IMG/VR virus record: IMGVR_UViG_3300030330_006525 | Coordinates: 121,579-185,578 of that record | Origin: a virus | Taxonomy: Duplodnaviria; Caudoviricetes | Strand: one strand, 5' to 3' | DNA: 64,000 nucleotides | Shown here: in pieces, positions 48,241-58,096 of the stretch | How the letters are laid out: the number at the start of each line of letters is the position of its first letter | Numbering within the stretch: position 1 is the first letter of the stretch | Notes under the pieces: generated by a model | Databases searched by the model: none | The model's input: the letters and a program-made list of their open reading frames with translations, nothing else | Told to the model about the DNA's origin: nothing | Program-made: the position numbers and the translations under genes

Positions 48241-49074
48241 TTATTTATTATTTAATTTCCATTGTTTAAATTTTGCGTATACATAGTCTGACTCTGGATG
48301 CCAAGAAAATTCATCCAAAAATAATATAGGTGTTGATAGTGGATTCCAATTTGTCTGGTATCTTGTTCTGTTTTCAGGTTTTGACCAAACAACGTGAGGA
48401 CAACCACACAAACTAGCTAAATGCATTGGGCCAGATGAAGGCCCAAAAGAACATTTTGCATTTCTTAAGACATCAAAGGTCTCGCTTAAATCAATATCTC
48501 TTAAATCCTCAGTACCTTCAATCCAGCCAGATTCCTTTTTAGTTCCTATACATGCAATCTTAACATCCTTTTCTCTCTTTAAATGAAAAGCTAACTTTTC
48601 CCACTTATTTAAACTCCAATTGTCCTCTTTTCTTAATTCTCTGTCTCTAATGTGGAAAACATAATCATATTTTTTTTCTTTCAAAGAACCAAATGTAATG
48701 TATTCTGGTTTTATTTTTAAATTACCAAAAGGTATCTCTTCAGTAAAGTGAGTATTTGGTGGAAAACCTATTCTTCTAGGAGGTGCTAACGCACAACCCT
48801 TTAAAGATAATTTATTTTCTTGTATTACTTTTTTTAACGCTCGATTTATATCTAAGTTGTGCATAAAGAATGCATCTGCTAAACCAGTGTTTGGATTAAA
48901 ACCATAAAATTCATCACAAAAATCATTATAAAGTTGAAATGAGGCATTTCTAGCTATTATTACTGTCTTATCAAAATTCTTTGACAAGGCTCTAATATAA
49001 GCATGCCAAGCAAACAATTCCCAACCAAACTCTCCGACCCAAGGGCCAGCAATTAATGTTTTTTTACTGCTCAT
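48241..49074 (-). CDS. Glycosyltransferase, GT9 (heptosyltransferase)-like
   Basis: GEFGWE N-terminal motif; NWSLNKWEKLA; DLSETFDVLRNAKCSFGPSSGPMHLASLCGCPHVVW (the DSGPMHLA-type GT9 signature). Confidence 0.75.
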   Translation of the reverse strand: MSSKKTLIAGPWVGEFGWELFAWHAYIRALSKNFDKTVIIARNASFQLYNDFCDEFYGFNPNTGLADAFFMHNLDINRALKKVIQENKLSLKGCALAPPRRIGFPPNTHFTEEIPFGNLKIKPEYITFGSLKEKKYDYVFHIRDRELRKEDNWSLNKWEKLAFHLKREKDVKIACIGTKKESGWIEGTEDLRDIDLSETFDVLRNAKCSFGPSSGPMHLASLCGCPHVVWSKPENRTRYQTNWNPLSTPILFLDEFSWHPESDYVYAKFKQWKLNNK

Positions 49075-50635
49075 TACAGATATTTACTACCTTTTTTGCC
49101 CAATTTAAACGATTAAATTGATTGACTTTTCTTTTACCACTTTCAGAAATTTTGTTTAAAACCATTTTATTTTTCAAGCACTTGCTGATTTTATCATTTA
49201 AGTCATTTATATCGGAAAATATCATTAAATCTTCATTATCTACAAAATATTTGTCGCGACCGTCCCAATCGTTAGTAAGCAAAAAACCACCTGCGGCTAA
49301 GATTTTGTAAACGCGATCTGAAGCTCCTTCTGATGTGCAAAAATTAAGATTTATCCAGCTTTTTGACACTATTTTTGCATGTTCCGCGCCGTAAGCATTA
49401 GAAAAAATATGAACATCATGATTTAAATTTTCTATTATTTTTTGTCTGTCGCCATAGATATTGCCGATAAAACTAATATCATGTTCTTTCTCTAAACTAT
49501 GTGGTTTATCGACATCTTGGTCGTATCCTTCACAAACATGAAAGCTGTTTTTATTTATCTTTTTAGCTTCATCTAAAACATTTCTTTTATCACAACAAAA
49601 GTATGTAACTTCTGCTGTTTTTAGTCTCATATCTTCGTTATATGTAACCAGAGGGTCCATAAACCACAAACAAGTCTTTGTTAGCGGTTTGATTTTCTGA
49701 AAACATTCGACAGAAACTGAATCACACTTACTGAACACAACCAAATCGAAATCACCTTCTTCAACTGTTTGCAAGAGATGGAGGTCTCTTTGAGAATTAC
49801 CCATAGATTTCGCTCTACTTCTATAATTATACCCAACGACCGTGTGCCCCAAACGCTTAAAGGCTAGCAATTGAGACGTGTTTGTAGATTTCTTACTAGT
49901 GTCGAACACACCAACAAAAAGAATTCTCATATTGTCCCCGTATATTCTGTCATAATCCTTTCGTATTTGGTCCATTTTTGTCTTTACGTTCTCGTCAAAG
50001 ACGCCGCGTCCACCATAATGAATTATGTTTGATTTAAAACGATTTGGACTACCATTCCATGGCTCAGAAAACATCGTCATATGGTTGTATTGAAATGGTA
50101 AATCCATAATTTCAAAGCCATTTTTCTTAATTAAATAGCCAAGTTGCACATCATCGCTTCCAAAACCTGTCCAATATTCACCATCAATCGCTTGAAAAAT
50201 ATCTCGATGGCATTTTGACGTTAGAATGATACCTGTATTTATATATTCGCTATTCCATCCTATGTGTCCAAACTTGTCTTGAGCGCTCTGTATAAGATTG
50301 TGTCTTGCCGGCTTTCTAGAGCCCTTATCTTCTAGAACTGTGCCGATTTTGTCATAAGGCACAACCTCAAAAAGGTTTGGACAATTAGGCATGATTATCA
50401 TATCAGAATCAATATGCAATATTCTATCGTATTTTTCATGAAGCTCGTAGTGTTTTAAAATTCTATAATGTGGTCGTCCGTCACCAGAATCAGAAGGAGG
50501 GACATGACTTAACACCATAAAATCAGCACCAACTTTCTCTGCATATTTTTTTATAATAGGGTGAGTAATATCTGTCATCTCTTTGATTCCAGCGTCTGCT
50601 CTAGTTGTTATTAATAGTTTTGTATTATTTTTCAT
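49064..50635 (-). CDS. Fused GT8-like + CgeB/Glyco_trans_1_2-like glycosyltransferase
   Basis: N-half: ILHIDSD (DxD), YINTGIIL, LPFQYN, IIHYGG. C-half: DISFIG, DRVYKILAAGGFLLT. Start set at MKNN (50635). Confidence 0.75.
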   Translation of the reverse strand: MKNNTKLLITTRADAGIKEMTDITHPIIKKYAEKVGADFMVLSHVPPSDSGDGRPHYRILKHYELHEKYDRILHIDSDMIIMPNCPNLFEVVPYDKIGTVLEDKGSRKPARHNLIQSAQDKFGHIGWNSEYINTGIILTSKCHRDIFQAIDGEYWTGFGSDDVQLGYLIKKNGFEIMDLPFQYNHMTMFSEPWNGSPNRFKSNIIHYGGRGVFDENVKTKMDQIRKDYDRIYGDNMRILFVGVFDTSKKSTNTSQLLAFKRLGHTVVGYNYRSRAKSMGNSQRDLHLLQTVEEGDFDLVVFSKCDSVSVECFQKIKPLTKTCLWFMDPLVTYNEDMRLKTAEVTYFCCDKRNVLDEAKKINKNSFHVCEGYDQDVDKPHSLEKEHDISFIGNIYGDRQKIIENLNHDVHIFSNAYGAEHAKIVSKSWINLNFCTSEGASDRVYKILAAGGFLLTNDWDGRDKYFVDNEDLMIFSDINDLNDKISKCLKNKMVLNKISESGKRKVNQFNRLNWAKKVVNICNEQ

Positions 50636-51347
50636 TAAACCTTGTCCAATTTGTTGTGTGATAAGAAACCATAGTGCCAGCATCAGCCCAACGGCCATTC
50701 ATTATTGTGTAATCACAATCATCAGAATCAATAAATGTATTATTAATATCTGAAATTTCATACTCTCCTCTATCTGAGAGTTTTATATTTTTTAGAATTT
50801 CAAATACTTTAGAAGTATAAAAATAAATTCCCACGCAGGCTAAATCTGTTTGTGGCCGGTCAGGTTTTTCTTCGACCATAACTAACTTTTTTTTGTTAAA
50901 TACTCCAACACCATATCTTCTTGGGTCTCCCACTCTTTTAAAAAACAATCTACAGTTTGCTGTACTTTTTTTAAATTCTTCTATATGTGGAGTTAAGTCT
51001 TCCTGAAAAATATTATCGCCTAATAATACCGCACAATCTGAATCCTTTACAAAATCTCCACATAAAGATAAGGCGCCACCAATACCATCTGGCTGGTCTT
51101 GTACTCTGTAAGTGAAGGAACAATCATGACCTGCTCCAGAACCCAAATGTTGCATCATTGCACCACAATGTTCTGCCCCAGTTACTATCATAATATCTGT
51201 AATACCCGCTTCAGTCAAACAATCAATCGGATGATCAATCATGGGCTTACCTCCAATCGGAAGCAAATGTTTGTTTGTTACTTTTGTAAGAGGATATAGT
51301 CTTGAACCTGTTCCTCCTGCTAATATTATTCCTTTAGTTTTTTTCAT
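50625..51347 (-). CDS. rmlA: Glucose-1-phosphate thymidylyltransferase (short RmlA/SpsI type)
   Basis: KGIILAGGTGSRLYPLTKVTNKHLLPI, QDQPDGI, LLGDNIF, EEKP, SDRGEYEISD, WADAGT. Confidence 0.92.
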   Translation of the reverse strand: MKKTKGIILAGGTGSRLYPLTKVTNKHLLPIGGKPMIDHPIDCLTEAGITDIMIVTGAEHCGAMMQHLGSGAGHDCSFTYRVQDQPDGIGGALSLCGDFVKDSDCAVLLGDNIFQEDLTPHIEEFKKSTANCRLFFKRVGDPRRYGVGVFNKKKLVMVEEKPDRPQTDLACVGIYFYTSKVFEILKNIKLSDRGEYEISDINNTFIDSDDCDYTIMNGRWADAGTMVSYHTTNWTRFNEK

Positions 51348-51351
51348 TATA

Positions 51352-52287
51352 TCACCTTTTAGTTAACTTATCTATAAACTTAGCCCTTACTAAAGTGGAT
51401 TGACTATCGTTTTTTAGTGCTTCTATATTGTCTGAAAACGCCTTCAACATATCGACAAAATGATTAGATGATTGTGTTTTAATTTTTTTACACAAACCAT
51501 CTTTCCAAAATTCTATTGGTATTTCGCATGTGTCAGGTCGTGTAAACACCCGATTTATTTTAAGTATTCCATTTTCACCCCAAATAGTTGCTTCGTTTCT
51601 ATAGGAATGACCAAAACCATATGATATGTTTGCAGTGGCTGTTGGATATTCGATTTGTATATATCCTCTTTCGTCTACTTCAGTTTCTTTATCGTAATAG
51701 ATAGAAGGCTTATAATCACAATAATTTTCACCCAAGAAGCGAAATACAAAACTCAAAGGGTATACCAAACAATCTAATATTGCACCACCGCCCAACTCTT
51801 TAAAATATCGTATATCTTCTTTATTATCAAAATGCGGAAAACCAAAGAAAGTCTCAATATGTTTTATTTTTCCTATATCTGAAACAAGTTGCGCTATTTG
51901 ATTTTGTAAAGGGTGATACTGATACATTAGCGCTTCCATACACGCTAATTGATTTGTATCAGACAGCTCAAACAACTCTTTTGCCTGATTATAAGTTTCT
52001 GTAAAAGTCTTTTCCATCAGTAAATGCTTTTGAGATTGTAAGACTTTTTTACCCCATTGATAATGTAAACCCACTGGCAAAGAAACGTAAATAGCATCAA
52101 CATCGCTAGTTAATAATTCATCATATGTATACGGTAAAGTATTGAAATTACCCGCAAATTCACTGGCTTTAACCTCAGAACGAGATGCAATACCGGATAG
52201 TTTAAAGTCTTTTGATTTTAAAATTGCAGGTATAACCAGCCTTTTTGCAGCTGAAGAACAACCTAGAACACCTATTTTAATGGGCAC
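51352..52287 (-). CDS. Gfo/Idh/MocA oxidoreductase, probable NDP-hexose 3-ketoreductase
   Basis: IGVLGCSSAAKR, DAIYVSLP..LH, HLLMEK, LGGGAILD..VYP. Adjacent to a 2,3-dehydratase, as for KijD10/SpnN-type reductases. Confidence 0.8.
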   Translation of the reverse strand: MPIKIGVLGCSSAAKRLVIPAILKSKDFKLSGIASRSEVKASEFAGNFNTLPYTYDELLTSDVDAIYVSLPVGLHYQWGKKVLQSQKHLLMEKTFTETYNQAKELFELSDTNQLACMEALMYQYHPLQNQIAQLVSDIGKIKHIETFFGFPHFDNKEDIRYFKELGGGAILDCLVYPLSFVFRFLGENYCDYKPSIYYDKETEVDERGYIQIEYPTATANISYGFGHSYRNEATIWGENGILKINRVFTRPDTCEIPIEFWKDGLCKKIKTQSSNHFVDMLKAFSDNIEALKNDSQSTLVRAKFIDKLTKR

Positions 52288-53677
52288 TCTTTTCTCCTCT
52301 ATAGTAAGATGCTATAGACAGTAATGTTCGTGCCTCGATATTCACACTGCATTCAAAGCCGGTCATCTTTTTTAATTGATACAGTGTCATCCAACGAAAA
52401 TTATTTCCCATATTTATGTCAAGATTTTCATCAGCAAGAATCAACATATATCTGTTTTTTTGTTCCAAGAAACGACCACCTTCTTCAGATTGATATTTGT
52501 CGTATATTACTTTACAATTTTCTGATGTTAGATTATTTGTTTCTAGATTTTCATTTAATTCGCTTTGTGATTGAATTGAGTGAAATGTTGGACCCAATTC
52601 TGGTCCGGACCAGTTGTAGTCTTCTTCGACCATTTGAGCTAAAACATGTACAATACCATTAATCTTTTTAACCAAAAAAGCATACGTCTTTGGTATATTA
52701 TCTCTTACAATTGGCTGATACCATGAAGAAACTTCTCTGGATTCTATTGAAGCTTTTATACCCACTAGTTCAAATTGTTTGTTGTGTTGGCTACTGATTT
52801 TATTTTTAGTTTTCACCCAACCTTTATCAGTTAGCAAATTCAAAGGCACAGTTGAATATTCAATTGAACTATTAGCTTTACAGTTAGAAACCCATTGTGT
52901 GATACTTTCCAATGAGTGCTTCGCACCTTGTTCAGACAAAGAAGAGAATAATAATTGATTCTCTAAACTGTTCATGTTTTCCATTCCATGGAAAATCTCA
53001 TCGCGAGTAAGGGGTGTACCTATAAAATCCATTGTAGCCAATACAGATCTTGTATCCATGTTAATACAATGCTCTTTTGACAACAAGAATCGTATGTGAC
53101 CCAAAGTTAGCCACATAAATCTTGTGTCCAAACAACTAGCATTGTTGTCATGTACATGTACGTTATCATTAGCTTTTCTGTAAAATTTATATCCATGTTC
53201 AGATTGAAAAATACGATTAACAACCTTCTCTGAAGATGGCATAAAGTCTTGAATATATGCTACACCTTTCCCTTTGTGCGCTCCAGTATAATTGCTTTTT
53301 GTAGCTTGAACAGTTGGAGAGTATTGAACATTTCTTAAGTTACCAGGCTCTATTTTAGCTTGTAAAAGAACCTCAAGACACCCATTATTATATCTTGTAA
53401 TAATTCCTAAAATGCCCTGTTCCGGTTGGTCTATAATTGGTTGATATCTTTCTTCTCCCGTTGTCTTGTTAAAAGCACGGGCACCACAAATACGGAAAAA
53501 CTTTCCACTATCATGAACAAAATCACCACTTGAATTAGTTGACCACTTTTCTAATTGGTCAAAATTTACCTCTTTAACTTTTACGGCCATACTTTCTCTA
53601 TGGCTTTCCATTGAGTCTAAAATATCTTTTTCAGATACTTTACTGTTGTAACTGTTTAAAAAATTATCAATAATCAT
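52277..53677 (-). CDS. NDP-hexose 2,3-dehydratase (EvaA/SpnO/TylX3 family)
   Basis: HDSGKFF, QPIIDQPEQGILG, LQAKIEPGN, SPTVQATKSNY, QSEHG and QSEEGGRF in two tandem domains, and the C-terminal NIEARTLL. Confidence 0.92.
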   Translation of the reverse strand: MIIDNFLNSYNSKVSEKDILDSMESHRESMAVKVKEVNFDQLEKWSTNSSGDFVHDSGKFFRICGARAFNKTTGEERYQPIIDQPEQGILGIITRYNNGCLEVLLQAKIEPGNLRNVQYSPTVQATKSNYTGAHKGKGVAYIQDFMPSSEKVVNRIFQSEHGYKFYRKANDNVHVHDNNASCLDTRFMWLTLGHIRFLLSKEHCINMDTRSVLATMDFIGTPLTRDEIFHGMENMNSLENQLLFSSLSEQGAKHSLESITQWVSNCKANSSIEYSTVPLNLLTDKGWVKTKNKISSQHNKQFELVGIKASIESREVSSWYQPIVRDNIPKTYAFLVKKINGIVHVLAQMVEEDYNWSGPELGPTFHSIQSQSELNENLETNNLTSENCKVIYDKYQSEEGGRFLEQKNRYMLILADENLDINMGNNFRWMTLYQLKKMTGFECSVNIEARTLLSIASYYRGEKSAH

Positions 53678-54306
53678 TCTACTGTCTCACAATCTTTAAA
53701 TAAATCAAAATTTCTCAAATCTGGATAATATGGTTCGTTTTCATACGAATCAATGTTTGGTATATCTTTGGCATGTGTTGGATAATTATGCATGAGCATC
53801 AAGCCTCTTGCGGCTTGCTCGGGAGTCATATAAGCATTCCATCCTAAAATTGCAATATTATCTTTATCCATCCTAATTTCGTGTCGGCCTTCGTACCTAG
53901 AACGTTTAGCAAAATAAACTAAATCTTCATCGTCAGTAAGAATCATCCCACCTTTACCAATTGGCAATAATTTTTTTATGTGAAATGACAAACACATAAT
54001 TGAGCCAGGAATGTACATTCCAGAAGTTAGCCTTTTTGCTGAATCCCATATTGGGTATGGCTCTAATTGATATATGCCCTCCCATTCATAATCACGAAAT
54101 TTAACAGTACCGCCGGCATGCATAATTGATTGAGGGACAGAAAGGTAAGTTCTAGCTGGTATTGTAACTTCTTCTACTTTTAGATACTTGGCAGCAATCA
54201 TTAAAGCATCAGTGCAATTATCTATTGCTATAGCAAATTTTGAACCACAATAATCTGCCATTGTTTCTTCAAACATCTCTACAACTCTAAAAGGGTTATG
54301 CCTCAT
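53674..54306 (-). CDS. DegT/DnrJ/EryC1/StrS-family sugar aminotransferase, unusually short
   Basis: FEETMADYCG..AIAIDNCTDAL, DSA, CLSFHIKKLLPIGKGGMILTDD (PLP-lysine loop), GWNAYM; 210 aa. Confidence 0.85.
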   Translation of the reverse strand: MRHNPFRVVEMFEETMADYCGSKFAIAIDNCTDALMIAAKYLKVEEVTIPARTYLSVPQSIMHAGGTVKFRDYEWEGIYQLEPYPIWDSAKRLTSGMYIPGSIMCLSFHIKKLLPIGKGGMILTDDEDLVYFAKRSRYEGRHEIRMDKDNIAILGWNAYMTPEQAARGLMLMHNYPTHAKDIPNIDSYENEPYYPDLRNFDLFKDCETVE

Positions 54307-55234
54307 CTTTGTTCTTTCTTATCTTATAAATAACTGCGCGAACAACTTGCTCAATTGAAATGCCATTACATCCAACTCTACCATCCGATTTTACAAAGAG
54401 ATTTAACGCTTCATCATTGACAGGTGTTAATGAATGAAACTTTTGATGATGGTCTGGAAGGTAATTTGTTATCAATTGCACAGCCGGCTTTGAGTAAGCA
54501 CCAACAACCCACATTGGACCGGTGTTAACTCCAACAACTACATCCGAAGCAAGACATGCTTTTACTTGGTCAAAGAAAGACATACTCGTCATTTTGTTGT
54601 AACCAGGACAGGAAGCTAATGGAGGTTCAGTATCTCTTCCATAATGATAAACACTAAAACCATTTTTGGTAAGTTTTTCTATTAGATTTTTCCACCAAAT
54701 TGAGTTTGGAGAACGGCCAGAATTTGCTTGACCTTGACCGAAAGGCCATATGGCCACACTTTTTTGAAATCCAGAAAGATCGTTTTTATTACTTTTACTG
54801 TAAGTGTGAGAGTGTTTGTTAGCGACTCCGATATCAAACCACTGATATAGCTTTGGCTTCATTTCTTCTTCTGTTAAAACTTCTGTTATATCATTTATTC
54901 CTGCAAGGATAGCTGTTTCTTCTACAAAATCAGTAAAATTATACCAATCAACTCGATTGTGTCTGAAGTTGTCGCATGTTGCTTTAACGTCACAAGATTC
55001 GATTAATCTATAATCATCTGGAGACCAACCATCCCATTTACCGCTAATGTGAATTCTGTCTATTAAAGGGTGATTTAAAAAAAGTGGCGCTGTGAAAGCG
55101 CAGCGCTTTTCAATTGCAAAATATTTGTAACTACCCGGGTATTTCTTTTCATAATAAGTAAGCATTGGTAAACCCCCAATAAGGTCACCAATTAATCCAT
55201 AACTCATTCCCCATACTTTTGTTTGTTTATTCAC
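54296..55234 (-). CDS. Glycosyltransferase, GT9 (heptosyltransferase)-like
   Basis: GLIGDLIGGLPML, LFLNHPLID, SFFDQVKACLASDVVVGVNTGPMWVVGAYSKPAV. Confidence 0.8.
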   Translation of the reverse strand: MNKQTKVWGMSYGLIGDLIGGLPMLTYYEKKYPGSYKYFAIEKRCAFTAPLFLNHPLIDRIHISGKWDGWSPDDYRLIESCDVKATCDNFRHNRVDWYNFTDFVEETAILAGINDITEVLTEEEMKPKLYQWFDIGVANKHSHTYSKSNKNDLSGFQKSVAIWPFGQGQANSGRSPNSIWWKNLIEKLTKNGFSVYHYGRDTEPPLASCPGYNKMTSMSFFDQVKACLASDVVVGVNTGPMWVVGAYSKPAVQLITNYLPDHHQKFHSLTPVNDEALNLFVKSDGRVGCNGISIEQVVRAVIYKIRKNKDEA

Positions 55235-55802
55235 CTTTTTTTATCACCGTTGTCCTGTGTTCCCATGACTCTTCACAGCATTGAAGAAATGTGTCCACCA
55301 CTTCACCACCATGAGCAGCTGCATATTTTTCCAAATCGTAACGAATCATCTCATTATTAGCAGATTCAATTATAATCAAATGACCATTGTCGCCCACCGT
55401 TTCATATAATTTGCTAAATATATCAACATTTTGTGGATATCCAAACATGTAAAAAACTCCGAATAAAAATACAACATCAAATCCACTTTCTTTAAAATTT
55501 TCAATACCATGATTACTAAAGGTTATATTAGGCCGCATGCTAGATTCCTTAAAAGGAACGTAATTGTCTATTGCGCGAACAGACTTTACATGTTCAGAAA
55601 AAAGCTTTGAGAATCTTCCACTACCTGAACCAACATCAAGAACTGCACTATCTGGTAGAAAATATTTGTTTATTCTTTTCCAGATGGTTTTTTCAAATCC
55701 GCTAGTATCTAAACGATTTTGATGTCCGAGGCCCGGGCCGCAGTATTCCCAATTTTTAAAGGGTAAGTTTTTTAATTTTTCTATTGATTTTTGATACTTC
55801 AT
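55227..55802 (-). CDS. Class I SAM-dependent methyltransferase
   Basis: VLDVGSGSG motif I, FDVVF, GHLII. Confidence 0.85.
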   Translation of the reverse strand: MKYQKSIEKLKNLPFKNWEYCGPGLGHQNRLDTSGFEKTIWKRINKYFLPDSAVLDVGSGSGRFSKLFSEHVKSVRAIDNYVPFKESSMRPNITFSNHGIENFKESGFDVVFLFGVFYMFGYPQNVDIFSKLYETVGDNGHLIIIESANNEMIRYDLEKYAAAHGGEVVDTFLQCCEESWEHRTTVIKKGE

Positions 55803-55804
55803 TT

Positions 55805-56299
55805 TTATTTTTCCCCAACTATCATAAAAGAATTATTTAAGTCAACACCTGAAGCAAATATATTTTTATATCCTAAGTGTTTCATAAAGTCTTGCATAAT
55901 TTCACTTGACAGTATGATCTTGTGCTTTTTATTGTTCCATGGCCTCCAATATTTTTGGCTGTAGTCTGGTAAGTATAAAAATAAAACTCCGTCCGGTTTT
56001 AAAATACTGTACCAGTATTCCATGACTTCTATCCAATTATCTATGTGTTCTAAACAATGACTGGAAAATATATAATCTACGTTTTTGTGGGGTAGATTCA
56101 TAGCTTCGTATTCATTATCAAAACTTAAATCAATTGGTATAGCTCCAGGCAATGCCCACTCTTCTTTTTTACAACCTATATCATAACCGAGGCCGCGGCA
56201 GAAGTGAGATGCATAAGGTATAGCGAATTGACTAGCTTTACCTTTTGTCTGAAATTTGGGATAATCTACACCCTCAAATGTAATAAAATTTTCTGACAA
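55805..56299 (-). CDS. Methyltransferase_11-like protein
   Basis: GYDIGC, VDYIFSSHCLEHI, ILKPDGVLFLYLP. TTG start. Confidence 0.8.
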   Translation of the reverse strand: MSENFITFEGVDYPKFQTKGKASQFAIPYASHFCRGLGYDIGCKKEEWALPGAIPIDLSFDNEYEAMNLPHKNVDYIFSSHCLEHIDNWIEVMEYWYSILKPDGVLFLYLPDYSQKYWRPWNNKKHKIILSSEIMQDFMKHLGYKNIFASGVDLNNSFMIVGEK

Positions 56300-56656
56300 T
56301 TAATCACCCTTTATTATCCTATAACTATCGCTATCAAAATGTTGCGTTGAAAATTCAAAAAGCTCTGTGTCCTCTAAAGCTATCATCTGGTGTCTTAATC
56401 CAGTGTATACATGAAAATTATCTCCAGGATTTAATATTGTTTCTTGTGCAGTATAAATATCGTCACTCATGGAATACAAAACTCTAATCTTACCAGACTG
56501 AATATAAAACACTTCGTCTTTTATTTTATGATAGTGCCAAGAACATCTTTTACCCTTATTGAAATAAAGCAACTTGCCACAATACTTATCATTGTTGACA
56601 ATCCACTTTTCATAACCCCAACCTTTTGGCACATGTTTAATCGGTAAAGAAGTCAA
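56300..56656 (-). CDS. Cupin-fold sugar(-phosphate) isomerase-like protein
   Basis: PKGWGYEKWI, SWHYHKIKDEVFYIQSG (cupin metal motif), RHQM. TTG start overlapping the upstream gene. Confidence 0.75.
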   Translation of the reverse strand: MTSLPIKHVPKGWGYEKWIVNNDKYCGKLLYFNKGKRCSWHYHKIKDEVFYIQSGKIRVLYSMSDDIYTAQETILNPGDNFHVYTGLRHQMIALEDTELFEFSTQHFDSDSYRIIKGD

Positions 56657-56963
56657 TATCCTTCATCCCTTTATCATCTATAAATATATCAGCTTCAGGT
56701 TTACCCATAAAGAGTTCATGAAACTTAACACCCCACTCTCTCAATTGATTTTCTGTAAAAGTGTATAAGCATTTATACGCACCAATTTGGTCATTATTAG
56801 TTCGTCCCATACCCCTAGCGGTTAATAAAATTATTTTGTGACCTTCATCATATAATTTGTTAACAACAGCAATACGTTCTAGTACTGGTGTTGATTCTGC
56901 GTAGTCTCCACTCTCTGGGTACTGTGAACAAAGCGTTCCATCAATATCAAAACAATATATCAT
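56637..56963 (-). CDS. Small HAD-family phosphatase (EcbF/BcbF capsule-phosphatase-like)
   Basis: FDIDGTL, LTARG, GKPEADIFIDDK. Confidence 0.85.
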   Translation of the reverse strand: MIYCFDIDGTLCSQYPESGDYAESTPVLERIAVVNKLYDEGHKIILLTARGMGRTNNDQIGAYKCLYTFTENQLREWGVKFHELFMGKPEADIFIDDKGMKDIDFFTD

Positions 56964-57738
56964 TTACATCTTCCTTTCTTAGTGCGTAAGTGCCGCTTTT
57001 TTGCACAACAGTGCTTGCACACATATTAGCACATCTTATTGCGGATTCTAAATCATTTTTAATCATGTACCCATAAACTAAAGCAGCTAAGAAGGTATCT
57101 CCTGCACCACTAACATCTGATACTTCTACTTTTTGTGTCGGATATTGCTTTTCTCTCCACCTTGCTCCATTTGGGCCTAACGTTGTAATAATTTCATTAT
57201 TCGTTCCGAAATCAGTAATATTATGATATTCTTTCTCATTCACTTTTATTACGCAGTTCTTGAAAACAGAAAGGTCAGTCTTCTTGGTGTCAACAAATAT
57301 CTTTTTCCGGAAAAGATTTTGGACGGCCTCTATAACGAACGGAGTTACAAAACCTTTATTGTAATCTGAAAATATTAAACAGTCATAAGAATCATCTCTA
57401 AGCATCGCTAAAGTTGTTAAGCCACCAACTACTAAACTTTTTACTTTTTCAGATTCTCCAAAATCAGAACGAAGTAAATGCTGCTTTGATCTTATATCGA
57501 CAAAACGTTCTTTTTTTATTTCTTCTTTGTTGGTCCAGACATCAGTCTCCACATCAAAAGCTTTAAGGTTGTTAGCAACGTTTAAAACCATGCCTTCGTT
57601 TTCTATTGTATGATTGTGTTGAAATATTGGAACTGGAGCTTCTGGACTTATTCTGTTGCAATAACCATAGTGGTAACGGTCAATACAACTGTCACCTATC
57701 AACAAGACTTTTAATTGTTTTTGTTGTTGAGTACTCAT
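56947..57738 (-). CDS. rfaE1: D-glycero-beta-D-manno-heptose-7-phosphate kinase (RfaE/HldE domain I, PfkB family)
   Basis: LIGDSCIDRY, RISPEAPVP, SDYNKG, VDTK, DVSGAGDTF. Confidence 0.88.
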   Translation of the reverse strand: MSTQQQKQLKVLLIGDSCIDRYHYGYCNRISPEAPVPIFQHNHTIENEGMVLNVANNLKAFDVETDVWTNKEEIKKERFVDIRSKQHLLRSDFGESEKVKSLVVGGLTTLAMLRDDSYDCLIFSDYNKGFVTPFVIEAVQNLFRKKIFVDTKKTDLSVFKNCVIKVNEKEYHNITDFGTNNEIITTLGPNGARWREKQYPTQKVEVSDVSGAGDTFLAALVYGYMIKNDLESAIRCANMCASTVVQKSGTYALRKEDVNDILF

Positions 57739-58096
57739 TTATTCTACTAAAAAATTTAAGCTCTTTTGCGTGCATTGAACCGATGACTACTTTGTCCTTG
57801 TAATCAGAGCCTACAATCATTATATCAGGTTTGTAACCTTTAATTAAATTTATTAACTCTTCATCGCTTGAAAACTTTTTTACTTCGTCAACAAAGCCTA
57901 TAGACGATAAAACATACATTCTGTCTTCTACATTATTAAAAGGGCGTGTTGCGCCTTTAGAAGCTTTTACTCTCTCGTCTGTGTCAACGGCAACCATCAA
58001 ATAGTCACCATGAGTCTTTGCGTATTGAAACATTTTGATATGACCGGGATGTAAAATGTCAAAACATCCGTTAATAAATACCTTTTTATTTCCCAC
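57692..58096 (-). CDS. rfaE2: Heptose-1-phosphate adenylyltransferase (RfaE/HldE domain II)
   Basis: NGCFDILHPGH, KGATRPFN, KPDIMIVGSDY, YSTT. Confidence 0.85.
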   Translation of the reverse strand: MGNKKVFINGCFDILHPGHIKMFQYAKTHGDYLMVAVDTDERVKASKGATRPFNNVEDRMYVLSSIGFVDEVKKFSSDEELINLIKGYKPDIMIVGSDYKDKVVIGSMHAKELKFFSRINEYSTTKTIKSLVDR

